DNA of 64,000 nucleotides from an uncultured Legionellales bacterium (GTDB lineage Bacteria; Pseudomonadota; Gammaproteobacteria; UBA1113): NCBI GenBank assembly GCA_945957175.1, contig CAMFJL010000001.1, positions 49,346 to 113,345 of the forward strand, read 5' to 3'. Shown piece by piece: positions 55,981 to 64,000 of this stretch (position 1 is its first letter; each line of letters starts with the position of its first letter). The notes under the pieces were generated by a model. It saw only the letters and a program-made list of their open reading frames with translations, ran no database searches and was not told where the DNA came from. The position numbers and the translations under genes were made by a program.

Positions 55981-56811
55981 TTGCAGCGACCTTTTCTTAA
56001 ATGGGCCGGTGGCAAGTTTAACCTGTTACCCCATATATTACCACAACTGCCTACAGGCAGGCGATTTTTTGAGCCCTTTTTAGGCGCGGCTACAGTCTTT
56101 TTAAATACGGATTACGATGAGTATCATTTAGGTGATACAAATGCAGATTTAATTAATCTCTATAAGACCGTTAAATTACTTGGTGAAGATTATATCAAGC
56201 ATGCATTTAAGTATTTTAAACCAAGATATAATGAATCTAGAAAATACTATCAATTACGTGAAAAATTTAATCAAAGTTGCGATCCCATAGAACGTTCTTG
56301 CTTGTTTCTATATTTGAATCGACATGGTTACAATGGTTTATGTCGTTATAACAGAAGTGGTCGATTTAATGTACCCTTCGGTTCATATAAGAAGATTCTT
56401 TTTCCCGATGAAGCTATCTATGCATTTCATAAGAAAAGTCAAAACGCCAAGTTTTATTGTGATGATTTTAGTAAGATCATGAAAAAAGCCAATAAGTTAG
56501 GTGATATTATCTATGCTGATCCGCCGTATTACCCATTATCAAAGTCAGCAAATTTTACCAGTTATGGACAAATCAAATTTAGTCATGATGATCAACAAAG
56601 TCTAGCTGATTTATCAGAAAAATTAGCAACGAAAAATGTGCATATTGTCATTTCTAATCAACTCACACCAGAAACGCAAGTCCTATATCAGAAAGCTAAG
56701 CTATATCAATTTCCGGTTAGACGAAGTATTAGTTGTCGCGGGAATAGACGTTATGATGTTGAAGAATTGCTTGCAGTGTATTGTCCAAAAGATACCGTGA
56801 ATTCGCTCTAA
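55981..56811 (+). CDS. dam: Dam-class (D12) N6-adenine DNA methyltransferase, orphan
   Basis: 'FLKWAGGK', 'FEPFLGAATVF', 'NRHGYNGLCRYN', 'IYADPPY'. TTG start. No adjacent endonuclease-like ORF. AT-rich. Confidence 0.88.
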   Translation: MQRPFLKWAGGKFNLLPHILPQLPTGRRFFEPFLGAATVFLNTDYDEYHLGDTNADLINLYKTVKLLGEDYIKHAFKYFKPRYNESRKYYQLREKFNQSCDPIERSCLFLYLNRHGYNGLCRYNRSGRFNVPFGSYKKILFPDEAIYAFHKKSQNAKFYCDDFSKIMKKANKLGDIIYADPPYYPLSKSANFTSYGQIKFSHDDQQSLADLSEKLATKNVHIVISNQLTPETQVLYQKAKLYQFPVRRSISCRGNRRYDVEELLAVYCPKDTVNSL

Positions 56812-56821
56812 TCTGTTGCAT

Positions 56822-57637
56822 TTAAAAAAGCACAACATCATCTTCCATAGCGCTCTCTGTTACGCGATGTGCTTCTAGATTTTTAAAATCCCAAAGATTT
56901 TTATCCATTAATTGACTTGGTTTGATAGCCGTAAGTGCATGCAATATATTGCTAGGTATTTTTATGTTATCTTTTGCTAAAGATTGAATAAGTAATTTAG
57001 TCTTGACCCTTGCCAGATTATTTTGAGATCCACAAAGATTACATGGAATAATGGGAAATGCCATAAGTTTGGCAAACTCAGCAATATCTTGTTCTTGGCA
57101 GTAAACCATAGGTCTAATCACAATATGCTTTTTGCTATCGGTCAGTAACTTGGGCGGCATTGAGCGTACTTCGCCGTTATACAAGATAGACATGAGTAAA
57201 GAAGTGATTAAATCATCACGATGGTGACCTAATGCAATTTTAGTAAAGCCGCGCGCTTCAGCAACACGATAAATAATGCCGCGTCTTAGTCTTGAACATA
57301 ACGCGCAATAAGTTTGTGTCTCTGGAATTTTATCTGTGACGATGCTATAGGTATCTTCCGATAAAATATGATAAGGAATGTGGCGCTCACTTAAATAAGT
57401 ACGCAGCGCCGTATCATCCCAACCTGGTTGTCCTTGATCAAGCGTAAAAGCTTCAAAAGTAAAATCAATATGGGCACGTTGCTTTAATTTGTTGAGTAAC
57501 ATCACTAAGGTAAATGAGTCTTTGCCACCAGATAAACAAACCATAATATTATCACCATGCTGAATCATATTAAAATCAGCAATGGCTTTGCCGGTATAAT
57601 GTAGTAATTTTTTTTCGAGCTGATCGATTTTAGGCAT
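56822..57637 (-). CDS. ttcA: tRNA 2-thiocytidine(32) synthetase
   Basis: PP-loop 'CLSGGKDS'. Cys motifs '[10 protein letters not shown]' and 'CNLCGSQ'. An alternative GTG start is at 57646. Confidence 0.9.
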   Translation of the reverse strand: MPKIDQLEKKLLHYTGKAIADFNMIQHGDNIMVCLSGGKDSFTLVMLLNKLKQRAHIDFTFEAFTLDQGQPGWDDTALRTYLSERHIPYHILSEDTYSIVTDKIPETQTYCALCSRLRRGIIYRVAEARGFTKIALGHHRDDLITSLLMSILYNGEVRSMPPKLLTDSKKHIVIRPMVYCQEQDIAEFAKLMAFPIIPCNLCGSQNNLARVKTKLLIQSLAKDNIKIPSNILHALTAIKPSQLMDKNLWDFKNLEAHRVTESAMEDDVVLF

Positions 57638-57760
57638 GACAATCACACGTAGATTTTTAAAAAGGGATTATCGCAAAACCAAGTCATTTACGCAATCAGT
57701 TTGTTGCTTTTTTAATCATGCATGTTATGATACGTTCACTTATGTTGATAAGAGATAACG

Positions 57761-58381
57761 ATGTTTTTTATCTTGCTTGAAATACTGGGTACGATGGTTT
57801 TTGCCATCAGTGGCGCTTTATTAGCATGTCGTAAAGGCTATGATTTAAGTGTTGTATTGATTATTGCTTTTGCTGTCGGCAATGGTGGTGGTACGATGCG
57901 CGATCTCTTGATAGGCGCAACGCCGGTCTTTTGGATTCATCAACCGATATATATTGTGATTACAGTTCTAACAGGGCTTTGCACCTTTTTAATTGCAAGT
58001 CGAGTCGATGTGACCCATCAAAGTTTACTGTTGGCAGATGCTGTAGGGCTTGGTATTTTTGCTGTTGCAGGTGCTGAAAAAACCTTGCTTATGGGGTTAC
58101 CCTCTATTGTTGCTGTGATGATGGGCGTGTTAACGGCAGTGGGTGGTGGATTAATTCGTGATATTTTATGTCGCGATGAACCCGTCATTTTTCAGCCAGA
58201 AGTGTATGCTACAGCGGCATTAATAGGTGCAGCTGTGTTTGTATCACTATATCGGTATGTACCTAACCTGCATATTGCCGCAACAGCTTGCGTGCTGTCG
58301 GTCATTTTGATTCGTTTGGGGACGATGCTTTGGGGTTGGCGTATACCTACTTTTCAGTCAAGAAAGCGTTGGTGGCGTTAA
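57761..58381 (+). CDS. UPF0126/TRIC-type membrane protein (YadS/YicG family)
   Basis: Internal duplication with 'GGGTMRDLL' and 'GGGLIRDIL'. About 7 TM segments. Confidence 0.8.
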   Translation: MFFILLEILGTMVFAISGALLACRKGYDLSVVLIIAFAVGNGGGTMRDLLIGATPVFWIHQPIYIVITVLTGLCTFLIASRVDVTHQSLLLADAVGLGIFAVAGAEKTLLMGLPSIVAVMMGVLTAVGGGLIRDILCRDEPVIFQPEVYATAALIGAAVFVSLYRYVPNLHIAATACVLSVILIRLGTMLWGWRIPTFQSRKRWWR

Positions 58382-58449
58382 TGTATTCGTCAGTTCTTTA
58401 TGATTCTATCGTAGATCTTACTGAGAATATGTTATTAATAATCCGCTGG

Positions 58450-58508
58450 ATTGTGGGGATAGAGCGGTTCAATGCCCAAATCGGGCACGTCACGCCGTGC
58501 CCCTACAA
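58450..58508. repeat. Family C repeat copy
   Basis: 'ttgtggggatag...gggcacgtcacgccgtgcccctacaa'. Lies downstream of the convergent UPF0126 and fmt genes. Confidence 0.6.
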
Positions 58509-58567
58509 TAAGATCTAGCGCGGTCAAATTGTGAGGATCGCTCAGGTATGAATCGTGGGGCGTTTGT

Positions 58568-59506
58568 TTAGGCCAATAAACTGCCTACTTGAATATGTTT
58601 GCTATGTCCACGTTGCCAAGCTTCAGCGGTTTGTATATTGCTGCCTGCTGGTTGTACTTGGGTAAGACACATACTGCCTTGGCCGCAAGCCACGACAATG
58701 CCTTCGGGTAATATCGCTGTGATAGTGCCTGGCGTTGCTTGACCATGTATCGTTAAGGGTTTGGCTTCCCAGATTTTTACAAGTTTATCATCGATGTGAG
58801 TATATGCGCCTGGCCAAGGATTGAAAGCCCGAATTTGTCTGTCAATGACAAGTGCCGATTGTTGCCAATCTATGTTTGCCTCCGTTTTTTCAATTTTATG
58901 TGCATAAGTGATGCCGATATCAGTCTGTGGTACCGCTGTTTTCTCTCCTGATAAAATCAAAGGTAATGTTTTTACCAAAAGATCAGTGCCTAAAATACAT
59001 AACTTATCGTGTAAACTTGCGGCAGTTTCTTGCGCATCGATGTTAATAGCCGCTTCTTGGTATAGAGGGCCGGTATCTAAGCCGGCTTCCATTTGCATGA
59101 TGCCAATACCTGTTTCTGAATCACCTGCTAAAATTGCACGTTGAATAGGCGCTGCGCCGCGCCATCTTGGTAGCAGTGAGGCATGTACATTGATACAACC
59201 CCGTGGAAATAGGTTTAATACAGCTGATGGCAAAATCAATCCATAGGCAGCTACGACCATAGCATCCGCACCAAGCGATGCTAATTGGCTTTGTATATCT
59301 GTGGATTTAAGATTAAGCGGTTGCCATACCGGTATATGGTTGGCGACAGCCAAGTCCTTCACAGGGCTTGACTGCAGCTTTTGTCCGCGTCCTGCAGGTC
59401 TATCTGGCTGTGTTAATACACAGACAATGTCAAAGCCACATGCTATGAGTCCAGCTAGTATCTGTGCAGCAAAGATGGGCGTGCCTGCGAAGACGAGCCG
59501 ATTCAC
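58568..59506 (-). CDS. fmt: Methionyl-tRNA formyltransferase
   Basis: 'VFAGTPIFAA', 'NVHASLLPRWRGAAPIQRAI'. GTG start overlaps the upstream ORF's stop (GTGA). Confidence 0.93.
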   Translation of the reverse strand: MNRLVFAGTPIFAAQILAGLIACGFDIVCVLTQPDRPAGRGQKLQSSPVKDLAVANHIPVWQPLNLKSTDIQSQLASLGADAMVVAAYGLILPSAVLNLFPRGCINVHASLLPRWRGAAPIQRAILAGDSETGIGIMQMEAGLDTGPLYQEAAINIDAQETAASLHDKLCILGTDLLVKTLPLILSGEKTAVPQTDIGITYAHKIEKTEANIDWQQSALVIDRQIRAFNPWPGAYTHIDDKLVKIWEAKPLTIHGQATPGTITAILPEGIVVACGQGSMCLTQVQPAGSNIQTAEAWQRGHSKHIQVGSLLA

Positions 59507-60117
59507 GGTGTGTTTCCAGAGAGTGGGTAACTAGGTAGTTGTTCAGGCTCCGAATGGGCAGCATCCTGGACCTGCTGACTAGGTAGTTGCCTTGGTTTCA
59601 GGGGAATACCCCATAAGTTTGATTGGGTGCGACGACGTGAAAGTTGAGTTTCATCAGCCTTACGATATTCTTCAACACGGGATGTGAAGTACGTGCCAGC
59701 GCCAATTTCCTTTTCCTTTTCCTTTTCATCTTTCTTTCCCAATGCATCGTCCTCTCTTAGCGTTTCTTGCTCTCTCAATGTATCTTTCTCTCTCAGCGCG
59801 CCAAGCGTGCTAATGTTCATGGGAAGTGATGTCGGCGTTACGCCAGTCCGTTGGGCTGAGCTTAAGGGGCTCGATGAAAAAATGCTTGATGCCGGTAGGG
59901 TTGGTATGGGTGTTGATGAACCCGAGGATGTCGAGCTTGGCATAGATACAGGCATACTGCTGGGAGGAGAATCAGGCACCTGGAGAGGGCTTTGAGAAGA
60001 CGCAGGTTGAGCACTGGTATCACTTGCTTTCGACTTTGGGGGCAGATCATCAAAATCAAATATATCGTCGTCATCTGAATCGCTTATAGGTAATAGTTCA
60101 TCGTCGGAACTTGACAT
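59503..60117 (-). CDS. Hypothetical acidic/Ser-Pro-rich protein with TLRE-type tandem repeats
   Basis: 204-aa ORF. 'SSSDDELLPISDSDDDDIFDFDD', 'LREKDTLREQETLREDDA', 'KDEKEKEKE'. Translationally coupled to fmt. Confidence 0.55.
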   Translation of the reverse strand: MSSSDDELLPISDSDDDDIFDFDDLPPKSKASDTSAQPASSQSPLQVPDSPPSSMPVSMPSSTSSGSSTPIPTLPASSIFSSSPLSSAQRTGVTPTSLPMNISTLGALREKDTLREQETLREDDALGKKDEKEKEKEIGAGTYFTSRVEEYRKADETQLSRRRTQSNLWGIPLKPRQLPSQQVQDAAHSEPEQLPSYPLSGNTP

Positions 60118-60225
60118 TTTTTTCCCCTTATGTGGTTATTATTGGTAAATGTTTAAACACCGACTCTATCGCGAAGAGGGAAAGATGTCAAGACGGTTGC
60201 ATATGCCTAAGTCATTTCAATATGC

Positions 60226-60250
60226 GCGGGCGCTCCTTGTGGTCACCTGC
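60226..60250 (-). repeat. Family C repeat core (inverted)
   Basis: 'gcgggcgctccttgtggtcacctgc' is close to the reverse complement of 37231-37250 'cacccacaaggagcgcccc'. Confidence 0.55.
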
Positions 60251-60333
60251 GCAATCAGGCATTGGGCTATCTTTACATCGTCAGGTAAGAAGGGTGGGGA
60301 GATACAAGTTGTATCTTCCTGCGATATGGATCT

Positions 60334-61065
60334 TTAGTCGACGAGGTATTCAAGACCGTAGACTAGCTCAGTGAGTGAGTCTACGCGCTCGCATGCTAGC
60401 AATATCCCTGGCATATAGGCTTCCCGATTTATCACTTGATGCTCAAGACTTATCGTTTCCCCAGGACTGCCAAAATAAACCGTTTCTTTGGCCATGACGC
60501 CAGGTAAACGTAGTGCATGAATGTGAATATTTTCTAAAGTTGCACCGCGTGCGCCTGACAAGGTTTCTTGTTCATCATGCGCAGGTGGTAGCTTTTTTCT
60601 TGATGCTGCAAGTAAATGCGCGGTATTTATTGCTGAGCCAGAGGGTGCATCGCGTTTTAAATCATGATGTGTTTCAACAATTTCGATGCTATTAAAATAA
60701 GTGGATGCTTGTTGTGCTAACTTATTTAGCACCATTGCACCCAGTGAAAAATTCGGAATGATAGCGCCACCCATGTGTTGGGCTTTGGCATAAGCTTGTA
60801 ATGCTTTCACATCATCGGGTTTTAGGCCACTGGTACCTATAATAGGTTTGACTTTAGCAGCTAAAATAGTTCGGGTATTTTGAAAAGCGGCATCGGCAGT
60901 CGTAAAATCAATCACAATATCTGCCTGCGTTTCTTTTATCATCTGATTCAGATCGTCGTTTCGTCCCGCTTTACCTGCTAATGTGAATGCTGTTTGCTTA
61001 GCAATCCACTCACAAGTTAATTGTCCCATGCGACCGAATGCACCATTAACTAATACCCGTTTCAT
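60334..61065 (-). CDS. dapB: 4-hydroxy-tetrahydrodipicolinate reductase
   Basis: 'VNGAFGRMGQ' and 'ETHHDLKRDAPSGSA'. Confidence 0.93.
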   Translation of the reverse strand: MKRVLVNGAFGRMGQLTCEWIAKQTAFTLAGKAGRNDDLNQMIKETQADIVIDFTTADAAFQNTRTILAAKVKPIIGTSGLKPDDVKALQAYAKAQHMGGAIIPNFSLGAMVLNKLAQQASTYFNSIEIVETHHDLKRDAPSGSAINTAHLLAASRKKLPPAHDEQETLSGARGATLENIHIHALRLPGVMAKETVYFGSPGETISLEHQVINREAYMPGILLACERVDSLTELVYGLEYLVD

Positions 61066-63089
61066 GAGGCGTTATCCTTATCTTTCTGTATCGTAAGCGG
61101 CATAAAAGGCGTGAGGCTTGTTTGTTGGCCCAAGATATATTGATAAACCACAGCATAGGACACGACGTTTTTAACGTAATCCCTTGTTTGAGTAAAAGGA
61201 ATTCTATCTATCCAAATATCGGTATCTTCAGGGTTATCTGGTAACCATGAACGAACTCTACCGATGCCTGCGTTATAAGCAGCAGCCATTAACACGGGGT
61301 TTTTAACTTGTTGTTGTAACCAACTCAAATAGTGGCCACCTAAAATAATATTGACAGAAGGATTTCCTAATTTATCAGCATAATCTGACGGGAGCTTATT
61401 TTTTTGTATGAGCTCATGTACGGTTGGCATCATGAGCTGCATAAGTCCTTGCGCACCAACACCTGATTCTGCGATAGGATTAAACAGACTTTCTTGACGG
61501 ATGATTGCAAAAATAAAAGCAGGATTCAATCCACCTAAGGCAGCTGCTTGTATAATATCACCTTGATAGAAAGTTGGAAAACGGATCCGCAAATCATCTT
61601 TATGTGCTATTTTACCTGTGGTTGCTAATGCAATACTGTACCAGCCATTATCTGCAGCAAGATGTGCCGCTAAGTAGCGATCTTCTTCAGGCAAAACATC
61701 AAGCGCTGCCCACCATTCACTGTTTCCTTCATTGATTTGGTCTAATGCAAATAATTCTGCTGCGCGTGCAATGCCAGGAATTGCAGCAACTCTTGCTAAA
61801 TCAACATCATCAATAGGCATTTGATAATCATTTAACGCAAAAGGTGCACCAATTTTGGCTGCGGCTAAAAAGCCATAATAGTTGCGAAGCGTCGCTAATT
61901 GTTGCCATATCTGTTTTGCAGCCTCTAATTGACCTGTTTCAGCGAGTGCCCGTGCTTCCCAATATTGCCATGCGGGATCGCTTTTTTCAGACGCGGGTAA
62001 CATGTGCGACCAATTTAAAATCATTGGCCAGTTCTGTCTTGCCAGCGCGAGTTGCAAACGATCAGTTAATCCTAGTTGATTGATATACCGAGAATTAATT
62101 TGGTTAACCCATTGCTCTGCAAGTGCTGGGTCTTTTTGTATGAGCTTAGTTGTAATAGCCAAGTTAATATTTTGCGCTTGATCTTCAGTAAAATCATGTT
62201 GTTTTTTGAGTATTTCCCAGGCTTTAATAGCTGCTTTGGGATCATGCTTAGCGATGCGTATAACACCATCGGTGAGAATAGCATTGTTACTTTCTGTGTT
62301 GGCGGGAAACAAATTAAGGTCTGTAATCTTCTTGGGGTCAACGGCCATTTTTAGCCAAAGATTGGCTGTTAATTGTTGTTCAGCAGGCATAAGACTCATG
62401 ACATGTTTTGCCACGCTAAAGCCATCGACTTGCATGGCCATCATAAAACGTTGCCACATCAGTGGGACGGTAAGTTTATCTTCAATGATCCAATAAGCAA
62501 AAACGGGATCACAGCTATGTGGTTGAGGATGCGAGACCAACCAAAGCTTTGTTGCAAGTTGATTTGCAGCGTCTATTTGGCCTGTCGCGATGAGTGCTTG
62601 GCCATAAAAGCAAGTTAAATTAGCATCAGTCATGCTGGGCGAATAATATTGCGTAAAGATATCCCATTGTTGTTGCTCAGCTAAGTGCGCAAGCCAAGCT
62701 TGATTAAGCGCTTTATTCAGAGGTGGGTCTTGATATGTGTTGACAAAATCTTCATAAGCTTGGGGACTTAATGTATCTATATGTGTTAATAAGTCCTGAA
62801 ACACCAGATAAGGGTAAAGCGGGTAGTTTTTGAGTTTTCGCATTAGCTGATGATATTTTGCAATATCTCCCGCTTGCCAGGCTTCCATAGCAGCTAAATA
62901 ATTGGCTCTATCTTCTAACTGCGGTGTAAGAATAGGTGCATTTAGCGTCAAGGGCGGTGTTGTATGCACAATAGTTGGTCTTTTAGTCATTTGAAGTGAA
63001 AGTAACAGTGCTAAAATGCCAAGAATAAGCGCAACCAATATCGCCGTAGCAGAAATAATATGACGCTTATGAAAACGAATTTTATGCAT
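61062..63089 (-). CDS. slt: Soluble lytic murein transglycosylase (Slt70-like)
   Basis: N-terminal signal/anchor, superhelical repeat region, and C-terminal SLT motif 'IIRQESLFNP...GAQGLMQLM...AAYNAG'. Confidence 0.88.
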   Translation of the reverse strand: MHKIRFHKRHIISATAILVALILGILALLLSLQMTKRPTIVHTTPPLTLNAPILTPQLEDRANYLAAMEAWQAGDIAKYHQLMRKLKNYPLYPYLVFQDLLTHIDTLSPQAYEDFVNTYQDPPLNKALNQAWLAHLAEQQQWDIFTQYYSPSMTDANLTCFYGQALIATGQIDAANQLATKLWLVSHPQPHSCDPVFAYWIIEDKLTVPLMWQRFMMAMQVDGFSVAKHVMSLMPAEQQLTANLWLKMAVDPKKITDLNLFPANTESNNAILTDGVIRIAKHDPKAAIKAWEILKKQHDFTEDQAQNINLAITTKLIQKDPALAEQWVNQINSRYINQLGLTDRLQLALARQNWPMILNWSHMLPASEKSDPAWQYWEARALAETGQLEAAKQIWQQLATLRNYYGFLAAAKIGAPFALNDYQMPIDDVDLARVAAIPGIARAAELFALDQINEGNSEWWAALDVLPEEDRYLAAHLAADNGWYSIALATTGKIAHKDDLRIRFPTFYQGDIIQAAALGGLNPAFIFAIIRQESLFNPIAESGVGAQGLMQLMMPTVHELIQKNKLPSDYADKLGNPSVNIILGGHYLSWLQQQVKNPVLMAAAYNAGIGRVRSWLPDNPEDTDIWIDRIPFTQTRDYVKNVVSYAVVYQYILGQQTSLTPFMPLTIQKDKDNAS

Positions 63090-63090
63090 G

Positions 63091-63567
63091 TTAACTCTTC
63101 AATGATTTAGCTAATTGACAAATATCATCCCAAGCTTTTGTGGGTATGGGCATGACAGACAGACGGGTACCCCGTTGTAATAGCGGTAATGATGCTAATT
63201 GAGGGCGCTGTTTTAGCATGTCAAGACTTAATAATGTTGGGTAAATATCAACTAGACGTACATCCACCATGACCCAGCGAGGATTATTAGGATCACTTTT
63301 CGTATCGAAATGATCATCATGAGGGTCGAATTGGGTATCATCAGGATAGGCCGTGCGGGTGACTTCCATGATACCAGCGATGCCAGGTGGTTTAGCATTC
63401 GAATGATAGAAGAAAGCTAAATCGCCAACTTGCATGGCTTTTAAGTAGTTTCGTGCTTGATAATTACGCACACCATCCCAATGCGTTGTTTGCTGAGATG
63501 CTTTTGCTAAATCATGAATACTAAAAGCCTCAGGTTCTGATTTCATAAGCCAATATGCCATTATCAA
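63091..63567 (-). CDS. EVE (PUA-like) domain protein
   Basis: 'YWLMKSEPEAFSIHDL...WDGVRNYQARNYLKAMQVGDLAFFYHS'. Confidence 0.85.
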   Translation of the reverse strand: MIMAYWLMKSEPEAFSIHDLAKASQQTTHWDGVRNYQARNYLKAMQVGDLAFFYHSNAKPPGIAGIMEVTRTAYPDDTQFDPHDDHFDTKSDPNNPRWVMVDVRLVDIYPTLLSLDMLKQRPQLASLPLLQRGTRLSVMPIPTKAWDDICQLAKSLKS

Positions 63568-64000
63568 AAATCCTTTTGAACATCTGTTTTTTTAATACCA
63601 AAATATGATTTAATTGGTATCTTAGTTTGTAACAGGGTTGCAAATAAAACACCAATAATAATACAAAAACCACCGAGTAAAAAGTTTACGCTGTATTGCT
63701 CGTGCAAAATATAATAAGATAATAGTGCAGAAACGAAAGGTACCGTATAAGTGCCGATGCTTGCTTTAGAAACTTCAACTTGACTTATTGCATAAGCCCA
63801 AAGCCAGTAAGCAATGCTGGTACACATAATGCCAAGATACGAGGCAATCCAAAGTGATTGACCGTGATGTAGTACAACAGAGCGAATTGTTGCCTGAGGT
63901 GTGTTTATTGCAAGAAATAGAATAGTCGCAATCCATACAGCGTAGCATGTTGTTTCAAAACCACTATAACGTTGACATATCGATTTTTGTAAAACAAAAA
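63564..64000 (-). CDS. EamA/DMT-family transporter, C-terminal part (5' end lies outside the window)
   Basis: My hand translation shows the frame stays open from 63564 to the window edge. 'SIAYWLWAYAISQVEVSKASIGTYTVPFVSALLSYYILHEQ' is typical of EamA. Confidence 0.75.
   Translation of the reverse strand, partial: FVLQKSICQRYSGFETTCYAVWIATILFLAINTPQATIRSVVLHHGQSLWIASYLGIMCTSIAYWLWAYAISQVEVSKASIGTYTVPFVSALLSYYILHEQYSVNFLLGGFCIIIGVLFATLLQTKIPIKSYFGIKKTDVQKDF

Overview
This is a 64-kb chromosomal window, roughly 40% GC by eye, that looks like a Legionellales-type (Legionella/Coxiella-like) intracellular gammaproteobacterium. That placement is an inference from Dot/Icm-like genes, many ankyrin and low-complexity ORFs, and numerous MFS transporters. 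Recognisable housekeeping blocks are atpA'GDC-glmU-glmS, argS, efp, gcvH-PA-PB-T-nnrD, alr-dnaB-rplI-rpsR-rpsF, rsmB...ttcA...fmt, and dapB-slt-EVE-EamA.

Accessory material lies between these blocks:
- (i) 6.9-16.4 kb: a cluster of orphan, effector-like ORFs. It includes a ~55-60% GC proline-rich gene, a protein with a C-terminal CaaX motif, an ankyrin protein, and a gene with an extremely AT-rich core. Two envelope genes (an SDR epimerase and lpxL) are embedded in it.
- (ii) ~16.8-27.9 kb: a tRNA-Phe-anchored island. It has a 22-nt repeat of the tRNA 3' end, an AlbA_2/HATPase_c_4 protein, a Fic AMPylase, an MFS pump, a decayed IS3-family element, a 1020-aa ankyrin protein and a Cys-less isochorismatase-like gene.
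- (iii) 35.1-37.1 kb: an isolated DotK(IcmN)-DotI(IcmL)-DotI-like type IVB secretion module.
- (iv) 44.8-47.9 kb: a divergent pair of polytopic membrane orphans. One ends in CaaX 'CTIL'; the other is preceded by a PmrA-like TTAA-type box.
- (v) An AT-rich orphan Dam methylase splits the fmt-rsmB pair.

At least three short dispersed repeat families (A, B, C) fill most accessory intergenic regions and form nested MITE-like composites. No CRISPR array, rRNA or intact transposase was seen. All functional calls rest on motifs read by eye; no searches were run.
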